Origin: Pyrinomonadaceae bacterium
GTDB taxonomy: Bacteria; Acidobacteriota; Blastocatellia; Pyrinomonadales; Pyrinomonadaceae
Direction of reading: 5' to 3'
Length of the DNA stretch: 64,000 bases
Assembly: GCA_014380365.1 (NCBI GenBank)
Contig: JACMJZ010000032.1
Location: 104,860-168,859, forward strand
Part shown: positions 9,178 to 19,100 of the stretch, piece after piece
Layout: each line of letters starts with the position of its first letter
Numbering within the stretch: the first letter of the stretch is position 1
The notes under the pieces: generated by a model
Database searches by the model: none
Told to the model about the DNA's origin: nothing
What the model saw: the letters and a program-made list of their open reading frames with translations, nothing else
Made by a program: the position numbers and the translations under genes

Positions 9178-9330
9178 GCGGCAAGCCGCCGCACAGTGCG
9201 GAAAGCCTATGGCTTTCCGGCCAAGCCATCCAACCCAGTCTTTCCTGAGGCTCAGCCTCAGGAAAAGATTCTTGAATTACCCGATACTCGGTAAGGCAAG
9301 CCTTACCGCACTGTGCGGCGGCAAGCCGCA
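9178..9330. repeat. composite nested-hairpin element (closing stem plus three internal hairpins)
   Basis: 17-bp perfect closing stem, 9185..9201 with 9306..9322 (GCCGCCGCACAGTGCGG). Internal hairpins at 9199..9219, 9241..9265 (10-bp stem) and 9290..9307. Lies between convergent carA and the AI-2E gene. Confidence 0.75.
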
Positions 9331-9386
9331 AGCTCGGCCACGGCGGTAATCGCGGTAAGTGAGGCTGCGGGAACGGGGGCTTCTGT

Positions 9387-10694
9387 TTATTCAGGCATCT
9401 TCAATTCGCCCGTAGTGAGATCGGGTCGCTCGCGGACCATGTCTTCGGGCGTGGTCTCAGCGTCGGGATGGGTAGGGTGTTCATCTTCTGACGGAAACGT
9501 GAGGGTGCCCAATGCACCGGCGACTGCCGGCGTTGCCTCAACTGGCGTCGGTTCCAGGATATCTGCCAGACCTTCGCTGCCGCGATGTTCGAGCCAGTGG
9601 CGATAGCTGACGGTGAGAATCGCGACGACCGGAATCGCCAGAAAAATTCCCGCCACGCCCGCCAACTCGGCGCCCGAAAGCAAGGCGATGATCACGGCCA
9701 GTGGATGCAGATGTATTCCCTGGCCAATCAACCGCGGATAGACCGCATAATCCTGGACAATCCGCAGCACCACGAGAAACACGATCACCATGAGCGCAGA
9801 AAACGGGCCCGCGTGGAGCATGGCCAGAATTGCAGCCACCACCGCAATCATCAGTGGTCCCACCAGCGGCACAAACTCAAACACGCCGGCAATCAGACCC
9901 AGCACCAGCGGGCTCGGCAGCCCCAGCAGCGTGAAGCCAAGAGCGCAAACGATGCCGATGAAAAGGCACGCTGTGAGTTGAGCTCGTATGTAAGCGGCGA
10001 GCGTACTGTTGACGTCCTGAAAGAATTCGTCGCCGCGCCAGCGCCAGCGGCCGCGCGGCAGCATCTGCAAAGCTGAACGACGAAAAGTGTCCACGTCTTT
10101 CAAAAGGAAGAAACTCAAGACAGGAATGATGATCAGCCACGGTATGTAAGCCAGCCATCCCACCATCCCGGTGAGCACGGAGCTGACATTATGACTGACG
10201 CTGTCGATCACTCCGGGGATGGCGCCGTTGATTGCGTCAAGCAGCGGGCCCGGCATTCGATGGGCGCGAAAGTAGCCGACCAGCCCCTGCATTTTTCCGC
10301 CCACCGTATTCCAGTAACTCCGCGCTTGCTCGGTAAACTCCGGAAATTGGTTTCCCAGTCGCGGGGCCAGGAAATAGATCCCAACTACGACCGCTCCGAC
10401 GATGATTATGTAGGAAAGGGCAATCGCGAGGGTGCGGGGAATGGCGAATTGCTTTCCGGCGAGACGAACGGGACGGCGTAGGAATTCAACGAGGGGGGAA
10501 ACGAAGTACGCAAAGAAAATCGACAGTATCAAAAGCAGGATGACGGCGGTGAGCTTGATCAGAATCCAAAGCGTTACTGCGACTACGAGGATGATTAGGA
10601 TAATGCGGAGCACGGCGCGCGTCTGCGGCCAGGTTGCCTCCACGGCGACTTTTGCAGCGGCGCGCGCCGCTTCTTTAGTTTCGTGGTTGTCCAC
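9387..10694 (-). CDS. AI-2E family transporter (PerM/UPF0118)
   Basis: Multi-pass membrane protein with the characteristic GLIAGVFEFVPLVGP segment and an extended hydrophilic C-tail. Confidence 0.8.
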   Translation of the reverse strand: MDNHETKEAARAAAKVAVEATWPQTRAVLRIILIILVVAVTLWILIKLTAVILLLILSIFFAYFVSPLVEFLRRPVRLAGKQFAIPRTLAIALSYIIIVGAVVVGIYFLAPRLGNQFPEFTEQARSYWNTVGGKMQGLVGYFRAHRMPGPLLDAINGAIPGVIDSVSHNVSSVLTGMVGWLAYIPWLIIIPVLSFFLLKDVDTFRRSALQMLPRGRWRWRGDEFFQDVNSTLAAYIRAQLTACLFIGIVCALGFTLLGLPSPLVLGLIAGVFEFVPLVGPLMIAVVAAILAMLHAGPFSALMVIVFLVVLRIVQDYAVYPRLIGQGIHLHPLAVIIALLSGAELAGVAGIFLAIPVVAILTVSYRHWLEHRGSEGLADILEPTPVEATPAVAGALGTLTFPSEDEHPTHPDAETTPEDMVRERPDLTTGELKMPE

Positions 10695-10708
10695 TATTCC
10701 CTGATGAC

Positions 10709-11068
10709 CTAATGGTAAAGTCTGGCGATGATGCGACCGATGGCAATTTGTTCCGTCGGCGTGACCGTTCGAAACTCAACTCCAAACGTATCGGGGGTGG
10801 CATGGTGGACTACTTCGCCGTGCAAAGACAGGGCGTCTTCCTGGCCACAAAGAAGCAGCCCGAGCTTATCGCCAACTCTGACATTCGGGCAGGCGGGAAG
10901 ATTGGAGACGCGCAGGCCACCAAGACTGATATCTGATGGTTCACCCAGGCCGATGGACTCTTCAATACTCTCGTCTTCAATCGCCAGTGTCAGGCGCGTG
11001 CTGACGTGATACCGCGGATACTTTCGTCGTTCGTGTTCGGGCAGCATTAAAGGGGCGCTCATCGTCAC
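10709..11068 (-). CDS. PilZ domain protein
   Basis: RRKYPRY (RxxxR-type) and DISLGGLRV (DxSxxG) c-di-GMP binding motifs. Confidence 0.8.
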   Translation of the reverse strand: MTMSAPLMLPEHERRKYPRYHVSTRLTLAIEDESIEESIGLGEPSDISLGGLRVSNLPACPNVRVGDKLGLLLCGQEDALSLHGEVVHHATPDTFGVEFRTVTPTEQIAIGRIIARLYH

Positions 11069-11080
11069 TGATCCTTTCAG

Positions 11081-11563
11081 TTAGTTAACCGGCTCAAACT
11101 CATCTTCATCATCCTCATCATCGTCGATTACCGGCTTGGGAGCGGTTAAGCGAGGCTTGGCCGGCCCCCAAATCAATCCCTTCCATTCCTCGGTCGCGCC
11201 GAGAAGCTGAAGAGCCGCCAGCGGATGACCGGGGTTGCGCTCAATGCGGAGCACTTCGGCGATGACGTTGAGCTTCTGTCCGTCTTCGCCTTGCACTTCC
11301 AGACGCACACGACTGCCAACATCGGGCAGCAATTTCGGCAGATGCACCAAAGTCCCTTCCGGGCCAACGTCTTCGGTCGTGCCCTCGGACACAACGTGAA
11401 AACCTTCGGGTCCGTCCCATTCCGCGCGCACTTCGAAGGCCACTAAATAACGTGGTCCTGAACGACCTTCTGTTTCTATTTGGCGAGGCATCTCTTCAAA
11501 CTCCTGTCGGGCAAAACCCAAACTTGCTGTGGTCAAAATCTCACGTACTCTCGTCCGACTCAA
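11081..11563 (-). CDS. PilZ-like small protein with poly-acidic C-terminus
   Basis: Degenerate PilZ layout (RSGPRYLV ... EDVGPEGTLV) and a DDDEDDEDE tail. Weaker motifs than its neighbour. Confidence 0.5.
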   Translation of the reverse strand: MSRTRVREILTTASLGFARQEFEEMPRQIETEGRSGPRYLVAFEVRAEWDGPEGFHVVSEGTTEDVGPEGTLVHLPKLLPDVGSRVRLEVQGEDGQKLNVIAEVLRIERNPGHPLAALQLLGATEEWKGLIWGPAKPRLTAPKPVIDDDEDDEDEFEPVN

Positions 11564-11644
11564 AAACCGGTCGGAGGCTAGGCAGTGGGAGTTTATATTG
11601 TTTACCGCGAAACTCGCAGCTATTTTTTGTAGGTGCTTGCTGAG

Positions 11645-11740
11645 GTCAGTACCGCCTGCGGTAGCGGGCGGGTGCCTGTAACGTCAACGACCCACCTGCT
11701 ACCGCAGCTGGACCCACCCGCTATCGCAGGTGGTACTGAC
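11645..11740. repeat. 29-bp inverted repeat of the ACCGCCTGCGGTAGCGGGCGGG family
   Basis: Arms at 11645..11673 and 11712..11740 with 3 transition mismatches, plus a partial third copy in the loop. Same core as 34114..34224. Confidence 0.75.
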
Positions 11741-11753
11741 AAAACCCGCAACC

Positions 11754-13709
11754 CTACCCTTCGTCGCTTCGCAGCTTTTCCAAAACTGAAAAGTCTTCCA
11801 GGGTCGTCACATCGCCGGCGACTGTTCCACTCGTGGCAATCTCGCGCAACAGCCGCCGCATTATTTTTCCCGAACGCGTCTTCGGCAGGGCGTCGGTAAA
11901 TCGTATTTCGTCGGGTCGCGCGAGTGCCCCGATTTCTTTGGTGACGTGCGCGCGCAATTCCTCGTTCAATTGAGGAGAAGCCACGCGCGCACCTTCAAGC
12001 GTTACAAAAGCGACAATTGCCGATCCTTTCAAGTCATGCGGCCGCGCGACGACCGCTGCTTCCGCAACTGCTTCGTGCGACACCAGGGCGCTTTCGACCT
12101 CGGCCGTGCCCAATCGATGCCCGCTGACGTTAATCACATCGTCGATGCGGCCCATGATCCAGAAGTAGCCATCTTTATCGCGCCGGGCGCCGTCGCCGGC
12201 AAAGTAGATGTTTTCAATCTGCGACCAGTATTGTTCCCGGTAACGTTCATCATCGCCCCAGATCGTCCGCAACATTGAAGGCCAGGGACGTTTGATTACG
12301 AGATAACCGCCCTCGTTTGGCCCCACGGGCTGTCCTTCGCGGGTCATTACGTCTGCTTCGATTCCCGGAAAAGGCAGGGTCGCTGAACCGGGTTTAGTGG
12401 GCGTGGCGCCGGGCAGCGGCGAAATCATGATTGCCCCGGTTTCAGTCTGCCACCACGTATCGACAATCGGGCAACGCTCTTTCCCGATCAACCTGTGATA
12501 CCACATCCACGCTTCCGGATTGATTGGCTCGCCGACCGTGCCCAGCAAACGCAGGCTCGAGAGATCATGCTTGAGCGGCCATTGCTCGCCCCACTTGATG
12601 AACGCGCGAATGGCGGTCGGGGCCGTGTAGAGAATATTTACGCGATGCCGCTCGATGATGTCCCAGAAGCGATCCGGCTCAGGATGGTTTGGCGCGCCTT
12701 CGTACATGAGCACCGTGGCGCCGTTTGATAGTGGCCCATAGACGACGTAGCTGTGTCCGGTCACCCAACCGATGTCTGCAGTACACCAATAAATATCTTC
12801 GTCTTTGAAATCGAATATCCATTTGGTAGTCAGATGTGCTTGCAGCAGGTAACCGGCCGTGGTGTGCAGTATGCCTTTTGGTTTTCCTGTCGTCCCGGAA
12901 GTGTAGAGAATGTAGAGCGGGTGTTCGCTGTCTAACTCCCCAGCAGAGCAGTTGGCATCGACGGTGGTCATCAACTCGTGCCACCAATGGTCCCGGCCCG
13001 ACTCCATGTGGATGCGCTCGCCGGTGCGTCGAACAACTATGCAATTCCTGACTGTTGGGGTTTCTTTAAGCGCTTCATCAACCGCCGGCTTTAGTTTCAC
13101 TTCCTTGCCGCGACGCCAACCTCCGTCGGCGGTTACTACCAGCTTGCAGCTCGCATCGTTGATGCGATCAACCAGCGCGCTGCTCGAGAACCCGCCGAAG
13201 ATAACTGAATGGGTCGCGCCCAGACGCGCGCAAGCCAGCATCGCGATCGCCAGCTCCGGAATCAGCGGCATGTAAAGAGCAACGCGATCGCCTTTTTGAA
13301 TCCCGACACGCTTTAGTACGTTGGCGAATTTGCAGACTTCGAAATGCAATTGCTGGTAAGTCAGCGTGCGTTGGTCACCCGGCTCGCCCTCCCAAATGAG
13401 CGCCGCCTTGTTGCGCCGCCAACCGCTCAGGTGTCGATCCAGACAGTTGTACGAGACGTTAGTCTTTCCGCCGACAAACCACTCCGCGTGCGGCGGCTCC
13501 CACTTCAAAACCGTGTCCCATTTCTTGAACCAATGAAGCTCCTCAGCCATCCGCGCCCAGAATCCTTCCGGGTCGACGCTTGCTTCCGCGCGCAAACGCT
13601 CGAGCTCTTCCATAGTTGTGATATGTGCCGACTCGGCGAAAGACGGCGGTGGAGGAAAGACTCGATCTTCGTGTTGCAGCGATTCAATGTTTGTCGTGGT
13701 TGATGACAT
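11754..13709 (-). CDS. acs: acetyl-CoA synthetase (acetate--CoA ligase)
   Basis: Full-length Acs pattern: [18 protein letters not shown], and [14 protein letters not shown]...[15 protein letters not shown]. Start taken at the internal ATG 13709 (MSSTTNIESL). Confidence 0.95.
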   Translation of the reverse strand: MSSTTTNIESLQHEDRVFPPPPSFAESAHITTMEELERLRAEASVDPEGFWARMAEELHWFKKWDTVLKWEPPHAEWFVGGKTNVSYNCLDRHLSGWRRNKAALIWEGEPGDQRTLTYQQLHFEVCKFANVLKRVGIQKGDRVALYMPLIPELAIAMLACARLGATHSVIFGGFSSSALVDRINDASCKLVVTADGGWRRGKEVKLKPAVDEALKETPTVRNCIVVRRTGERIHMESGRDHWWHELMTTVDANCSAGELDSEHPLYILYTSGTTGKPKGILHTTAGYLLQAHLTTKWIFDFKDEDIYWCTADIGWVTGHSYVVYGPLSNGATVLMYEGAPNHPEPDRFWDIIERHRVNILYTAPTAIRAFIKWGEQWPLKHDLSSLRLLGTVGEPINPEAWMWYHRLIGKERCPIVDTWWQTETGAIMISPLPGATPTKPGSATLPFPGIEADVMTREGQPVGPNEGGYLVIKRPWPSMLRTIWGDDERYREQYWSQIENIYFAGDGARRDKDGYFWIMGRIDDVINVSGHRLGTAEVESALVSHEAVAEAAVVARPHDLKGSAIVAFVTLEGARVASPQLNEELRAHVTKEIGALARPDEIRFTDALPKTRSGKIMRRLLREIATSGTVAGDVTTLEDFSVLEKLRSDEG

Positions 13710-13823
13710 ATCCCGGATATTACTAGCAAGATCTACGGCATCGTTCGCAGACTTGGTGTACCACAGAACGGCTTGACTCACCAATAACCCTGCTTGCAGT
13801 ATAAGTGAGCGCTGGAGGTAAAT

Positions 13824-14057
13824 ATGAGTCAGACTCTCGATGCGATAATTGATGAAGACGGAGCGGTTCGCCTATTACGGCCGGTTCATTTGTCCGGAGC
13901 TCGCAGGGCCCTCGTTACAATCCTGGACGACCAAGCTGATTGGGAAGGGGATCTCGATGCTGGCTACCGGGAGATGGCGCTGGATGAAGAGCGAGAAACT
14001 GAGGCACTTGAACTGGCTGAAGCAACCATTGGAGACGTGAGCGATGAAACGCGGTGA
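13824..14057 (+). CDS. type II antitoxin (DUF104-like N-terminus, acidic C-terminus)
   Basis: [28 protein letters not shown] resembles AF2212/DUF104 antitoxins. It overlaps the toxin gene by 14 nt. Confidence 0.65.
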   Translation: MSQTLDAIIDEDGAVRLLRPVHLSGARRALVTILDDQADWEGDLDAGYREMALDEERETEALELAEATIGDVSDETR

Positions 14058-14364
14058 AGTTTGGTGGGTCGCCTTTGATCCTTCAATAGGCGGTGAGATC
14101 AAGAAGACCAGACCGGCGGTCATCCTCAGCAATGACACTTCAAATAAGTATCTAAATCGTGTGCAAGTTGTGCCCTTAACGAGCAACATCGGCAAGCTTT
14201 ACCCTAGCGAAGCGTTCGTTACCGTTGGCGGCAAGCAAAGTAAGGCGATGGCCGACCAGTTGACCACGGCAAGTAAGCTGCGCCTGTCCAACTTTATCGG
14301 TGCCCTCTCACCGTCGGATCTGTCTGCAGTTGAATTTGCCCTTAGAACACAACTCAGTCTCTAG
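14044..14364 (+). CDS. mazF: MazF/PemK family endoribonuclease toxin
   Basis: [31 protein letters not shown]...VVPLTS is the canonical PemK/MazF signature. Confidence 0.9.
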   Translation: MKRGEVWWVAFDPSIGGEIKKTRPAVILSNDTSNKYLNRVQVVPLTSNIGKLYPSEAFVTVGGKQSKAMADQLTTASKLRLSNFIGALSPSDLSAVEFALRTQLSL

Positions 14365-14385
14365 ATTGCTTGAACTCCACAACAA

Positions 14386-15087
14386 ATGAACCTCCACGTC
14401 GGGACCAGCGGCTACAGCTACAAAGAGTGGAAGGGAAGCTTCTACCCGGAGAAAATCCCGGCGAAGGAGATGCTTCGTTACTATGCCGAGCGGTTAAGCA
14501 CGGTAGAGATCAATGCCACCTTCTACCGCATGCCGCAGCAGAGCATGCTGGAAAACTGGAAGGAGCAGGTGCCGGCGACGTTTCGGTTTTCACTCAAAGC
14601 TTCGCAACGCATCACCCACTTCAAAAGACTCAAAGAGACAGACGAGGAAACGAAGTATTTCTTAGAGACGGCATCAGTCTTGGCCGAACAACTGGGTGTC
14701 GTGCTTTTTCAGCTTCCGCCAAACATGAAGAAGGACCTGCCTCGGCTGGAGACTTTTCTCGCGCAACTACCGCCGGTCACGCGAGCCGCTTTCGAGTTTC
14801 GCCATCCCACCTGGTTCGATGATGACGTGCTGGAACTCCTGCGTAGCCAGAACCGTCCGCCGGTCGTTTCGGATACCGACGACATGCCGACCACGCATAT
14901 CGATAAGACGGCTGACTGGGGCTATCTCCGACTTCGCCGCGTCAACTACTCGGAAGAGAATTTGGCGGAGTGGGTCGAACGCATTCGCGTTCAGGGCTGG
15001 AAAGAGACGTTTGTATTCTTCAAGCACGAAGATGAGGGTACTGGCCCGAAGCTGGCGGCACAGTTTCTCAAGCTCGCGGGTAAATAA
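14386..15087 (+). CDS. DUF72 (YecE/UPF0759) family protein
   Basis: MNLHVGTSGYSYKEWKGSFYPEK... is a typical DUF72 N-terminus. Confidence 0.85.
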   Translation: MNLHVGTSGYSYKEWKGSFYPEKIPAKEMLRYYAERLSTVEINATFYRMPQQSMLENWKEQVPATFRFSLKASQRITHFKRLKETDEETKYFLETASVLAEQLGVVLFQLPPNMKKDLPRLETFLAQLPPVTRAAFEFRHPTWFDDDVLELLRSQNRPPVVSDTDDMPTTHIDKTADWGYLRLRRVNYSEENLAEWVERIRVQGWKETFVFFKHEDEGTGPKLAAQFLKLAGK

Positions 15088-15093
15088 AAGAAA

Positions 15094-15114
15094 AAGGGAC
15101 GCGAGGCGTCCCTT
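15094..15114. terminator. short GC hairpin between convergent genes
   Basis: AAGGGACGC-GAG-GCGTCCCTT (9-bp stem) preceded by an A-run. Lies between DUF72 (+) and the metallothionein-like gene (-). Confidence 0.45.
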
Positions 15115-15165
15115 AGTTGCAACCCAACAATGCTTGCGGATGCGTTAGATTAAGACTTCCAGCTC

Positions 15166-15315
15166 TTAGAAATTCCCACTGCAATCGTCATGTCCGCAAT
15201 CGCAATCAAGCTCGATCGTATCCCCAGTACCTTGACACGAAGCGCTGCAGTATTTGCCGTCGTGCGGAGCACAACCGCAAACCGGATTCTTACAGGTTTC
15301 TTTCTCGTCTGCCAT
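15166..15315 (-). CDS. SmtA/BmtA-like bacterial metallothionein (49 aa, 8 Cys, 2 His)
   Basis: MADEKETCKNPVCGCAPHDGKYCSASCQGTGDTIELDCDCGHDDCSGNF. GKYCSASC and CGHDDC resemble SmtA GLYYCSEAC and CGHTGC. A GGAGG lies 4 nt upstream of ATG 15315. Confidence 0.7.
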   Translation of the reverse strand: MADEKETCKNPVCGCAPHDGKYCSASCQGTGDTIELDCDCGHDDCSGNF

Positions 15316-15541
15316 GATGCCTCCTGAACCGTTTCTCTCAAAGTAGGGCGTACAGAGTAGCACATCCTGACGTGCCCTGACTTCTACATTCTTTGACAGA
15401 AGGACGATCCACGAAACCCTCTACTAACTCGAACTAAGAACCCGTTTCGTGTTCCTTCGTGCGATTTCGCGGATTCTTCGCAGGTTTTCCGCAGGCTGCT
15501 ACGGCTCGTCGTCCTCATCGTCCTCCTGCTGCGCAACTGTC

Positions 15542-16003
15542 TCAATCGCTCCCCTTGATTTCAACAACCTGATCACAGCTTTGTTGTTTTCCTCGATGGC
15601 GTGCGCCAGAGCATCTTTCTTTTTGTTGTCGACCGGCGGAATCGCGCAACGGGCAGCTTTGCGTGTTCGGGGACGCGTGGGCGACTGCGCTGGTCACGCT
15701 CAAGGTTGCGGTGAATGCTCCGGCAGCGATGCGTGAGGCGCGGCGACTGATGCGATGGAGCTTCAGTGCAGCTTGCGCCAGCAAAGGCTTTCCGTTTCCA
15801 TCTGAAACATACTGAACGCACAGACGCCCGTTTGAGCGCGCCACGAGACGCTGAACCTGATGGCGTGTCATCTGAGAAAGGTTGTGCACGGAAAGATCGC
15901 AGTGTTCGCAGAAACGGATTTGATCGTTCCCCTTCATTGAGTTCCAATCCACGCTGCAGGGACTGGGAATGGTCAGGGTTTTTAGGAAGAGTTTCGATGG
16001 CAT
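15542..16003 (-). CDS. small Cys3His-motif protein with one TM segment (possibly frameshifted at the 3' end)
   Basis: MPSKLFLKTLTIPSPCSVDWNSMKGNDQIRFCEHCDLSVHNLSQMT... then the hydrophobic IAAGAFTATLSVTSAVA. AAGGAG upstream of ATG 16003. Lies immediately downstream of the A2M gene. Confidence 0.6.
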   Translation of the reverse strand: MPSKLFLKTLTIPSPCSVDWNSMKGNDQIRFCEHCDLSVHNLSQMTRHQVQRLVARSNGRLCVQYVSDGNGKPLLAQAALKLHRISRRASRIAAGAFTATLSVTSAVAHASPNTQSCPLRDSAGRQQKERCSGARHRGKQQSCDQVVEIKGSD

Positions 16004-16128
16004 GGTGGTCTCCTTATCACGTTGCAGTTGATCGGAGAGCCGGGGAGAGAAGCTCTGGCGCGTTCTGCGCCGACTTAGACAGCCGGCCGGGACAGTTGTT
16101 CCGGGCCAATGCCGAGCGGCAAATAAAC

Positions 16129-19100
16129 TCATCTGACCACGAACGTTGCCGGCTCGACCACGACGCGAGCGTCGGGATTGTAGTAGTCATACATAAGGGA
16201 AGGCGCAGTCTTCGCGGTCATCGCCAGGCGCGGACGAAACTTAAAGGCAAACTGGACCCCGCCCGAGCGTGGCCAGAGGTAAACGACCACACGGTCCGGC
16301 AAAACGTCGTAGTGGCTAAGGGCGCCACCAGACGCTTTCATGGCGCTTTCGAGCGAGGCACGGTCGACGTCGGCTCCCGGAGGCAAGCCAATTTCCGCCA
16401 GCATCATTCCATAACGTGAATAGTCAACCCGTTCCGCTTTCACGCTGCACACAATCTCGTCGTTGATCCCGGCTGCCTTCTTGTCGAACGTAGCCGAGAG
16501 GCGCAACGAACTCGCGGCTCCGTTCACAGCAGGGTCCCCGGAAGCAACTGCCGACCAGGGCACGTAGTAGTTTGCTACGAGCTGGGCCGAGGCGAGGCCC
16601 GAGCCAGCGCTGCGACGCAACTCCACATGGTTTGCCCCGGGCTGCAAGAAGCGCGAGATATCGGCACGAACCAACCCGGTGTTCTGCTCGCGCGTGGGGA
16701 GCTGCAAGGAGGTCGCCAGCAGACCGTTGACGATCACCTCAACCGGAGTCCCTTGCGCGGCCGACTGTCGATCAGGCGAGATGTCAGTCGCCAGCAACGT
16801 CGTGAGGGTGTCCAGCACGTTGATCGTTGCCTGTGTCGAATACCAAACTCCGTAGCGGTCTTTCTGTCGCAGCAGGTGCAGCAGGCCACGGCTAACAACC
16901 GGGTCAGCAGACTGTCCGCGCGTCGTTGTCAGATCTGGCTGTGTTTTTGCAAATCGGGCCAGGGCCTGGGTAGCCAGGGCGGTTGTCTCCACCTCTCCGG
17001 CGAGGCCCCAACCATTGAATGGCGTGGCAGTTTCCAGCTTCCAATAGGTCGTGTCGCCTTCGTTACGGGCCAGGGCACGCAATCTTGCGACGGCACGGCT
17101 CGCGCCGGGCCTATCCCCGGCGTCTATCGCTGCCAGCGCATACGACGCGATCAAATGGGGCTCATCGATCGCTTCAATCTTCGGCGACAGATATGACAGC
17201 GCGCGTTTCAACTCGGGTGATGCGGTCCTGGCCGCCGTTGCGCCACCGGTCGACGCTTGGGGCTCAGTCATCGCCAGCACGCGCGCCACAAAGGCGGTTT
17301 GCAACGCAATCCCTCGCAGCTTATCAACTTGCCCTGAATTGTATGCCGACGCGGGCCAACTGCCGTCGGCGTGCTGCTGTTTGACCAGCCATTGGCGCAG
17401 ACCTTTGACCACCTCGGGATCCACTGAGACGAACTCCGCGGCGTCGTGCAGGAACCGCAGTGCATATGCGCTCAACGCGAGATCCGGTTCGCCGTGTCCC
17501 CAGTATGAGAATCCGCCGTTTGTACTGCGGTAATTGAGCAGGCGTTGGTAGCCCGCTCGAGCATAACGCTGCGCTTGCGCGCGTATTGGCGAACCTGTCT
17601 CCGACTGTTTATTGCCTCGCAAGACCAGCAGGCTCGGATAGGTTGATGAAATTGTCTGCTCGCCGCAGCCATAGGGCCGTTTCAGAATCCCTTCAATGCT
17701 CTCGATGACATGCGACATCAAACCGGGATAGATCTTCAATTCTGCCTGGGTCGAACCGGGGATCGCAGAAGCAGGAAGATTAATGTTCAGCATGGCTGTA
17801 TCGCCGAATACCTGGCTGGCAGTTTGCGTTTTTTCTTCGCCGTCCGGATGAACCGTTACCGGCTTTTCAATCGCGTCACTCGCCTCGGATCCGCGCGCTG
17901 TGATGCGTTGCTTGCCGTCCTTCACCGACGCCACGGCCTTCAACTCAAACGTCTGGCGCGAGGCTTCACCGGCGGGAACATCCGCGCGCTGCCGTGCGGG
18001 TCCCAGCAGTGCGAACCAACTCTCCGGTTTAATTTCGAGATCGACCGCCTGACCCCGTTCGAGATAGTTTCGCAAAACGATGGGCAAGGAGATTTGGTCG
18101 CCTTCAGTGAGCACGCGTGGCGGATCGTGTTCTACAAAAAACGGCTGAAAGGCCTTTATCTCAGTTTCCGCCACTCCAAGTTCGCCATCTTCAGTCGAAC
18201 CGATGACCGACATCTTCCAGGTAGTGATGTTGTCGGCGAGCTTAAACTTCAACTGCGCGCGACCGTGCTTATCAGTCTCCAGCGATGGCTGCCAAACGAG
18301 CGTTTCGGGAAAGTACTCGCGCAGCCGCGGGGTGGTCAGTTGCATTGGGTGGGCGATGGAAACGCGTAGGCGGCCTTCCGTAATTGTGGTGGCCACTGAT
18401 GAGGAAGTCATGTTCATAACGTCAGCTGCCGCCGACACGGTAACAGTCTCGCTAACAGTGCCCGGGTAGAGAGTGAAATTGACAGTGGTTACGTTCGAAG
18501 AGCTGACGGGGACTTCCAGAACGGTTACCTTCGTAAAACCCGGGGCCTCGCAGCGCACTTCGTAAAAGCCAACGGGGAGGTTGCGCAAGATGAATCTACC
18601 CTCGTCATCAGTTTTGGTCTCAAAGTTCTGCGACGAGTTCTTTAACGAAGCCGTCACTGCAATCCCCGGCACAACTGCGCCATTAGGGTCCGTGACGACG
18701 CCTTTTATTGCGCCTTTTGACCCTGGAAAGAAGATCCTTTGCGATGGCTGGTTCGCTGGCACACCGCTGCGAGACAGTTCAGCTGTTAGCCGAGAAAACG
18801 TTGCGACGTCAAAATCATCTGCGGTCCCTTCTTTGCCGTCCTCACCGCTGCTTCGCAAGCTAATGAAGCCGACGTGGTGGGTCACGGGTGTAGTTTCCAT
18901 GCGCTCTTTAGGCAGCTGGCCATAGGTGGCAAAGCTCTGAATTACTGTCCGGTCGGCAAGACGCATTTCGGTCTTGTAGGACGCGTAAAAACGATGACCC
19001 CAGGGATCGCGCAACGTGGCCGCTTCGATACCCGAGGTGGCAAATGCCTGCTGCAACTCGCTGTCGTTGCGTGGAAAACTGTGCATTTGTTCAAAGTACT

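Noticed and set aside
15449-15736. Plus-strand ORF with a poly-Ser run (SSSSSSSCC)
   Set aside because: It is antisense to the Cys3His gene tail and the acidic DDEDDE alternative-frame tail. The poly-Ser is the complement of the poly-acidic codons.
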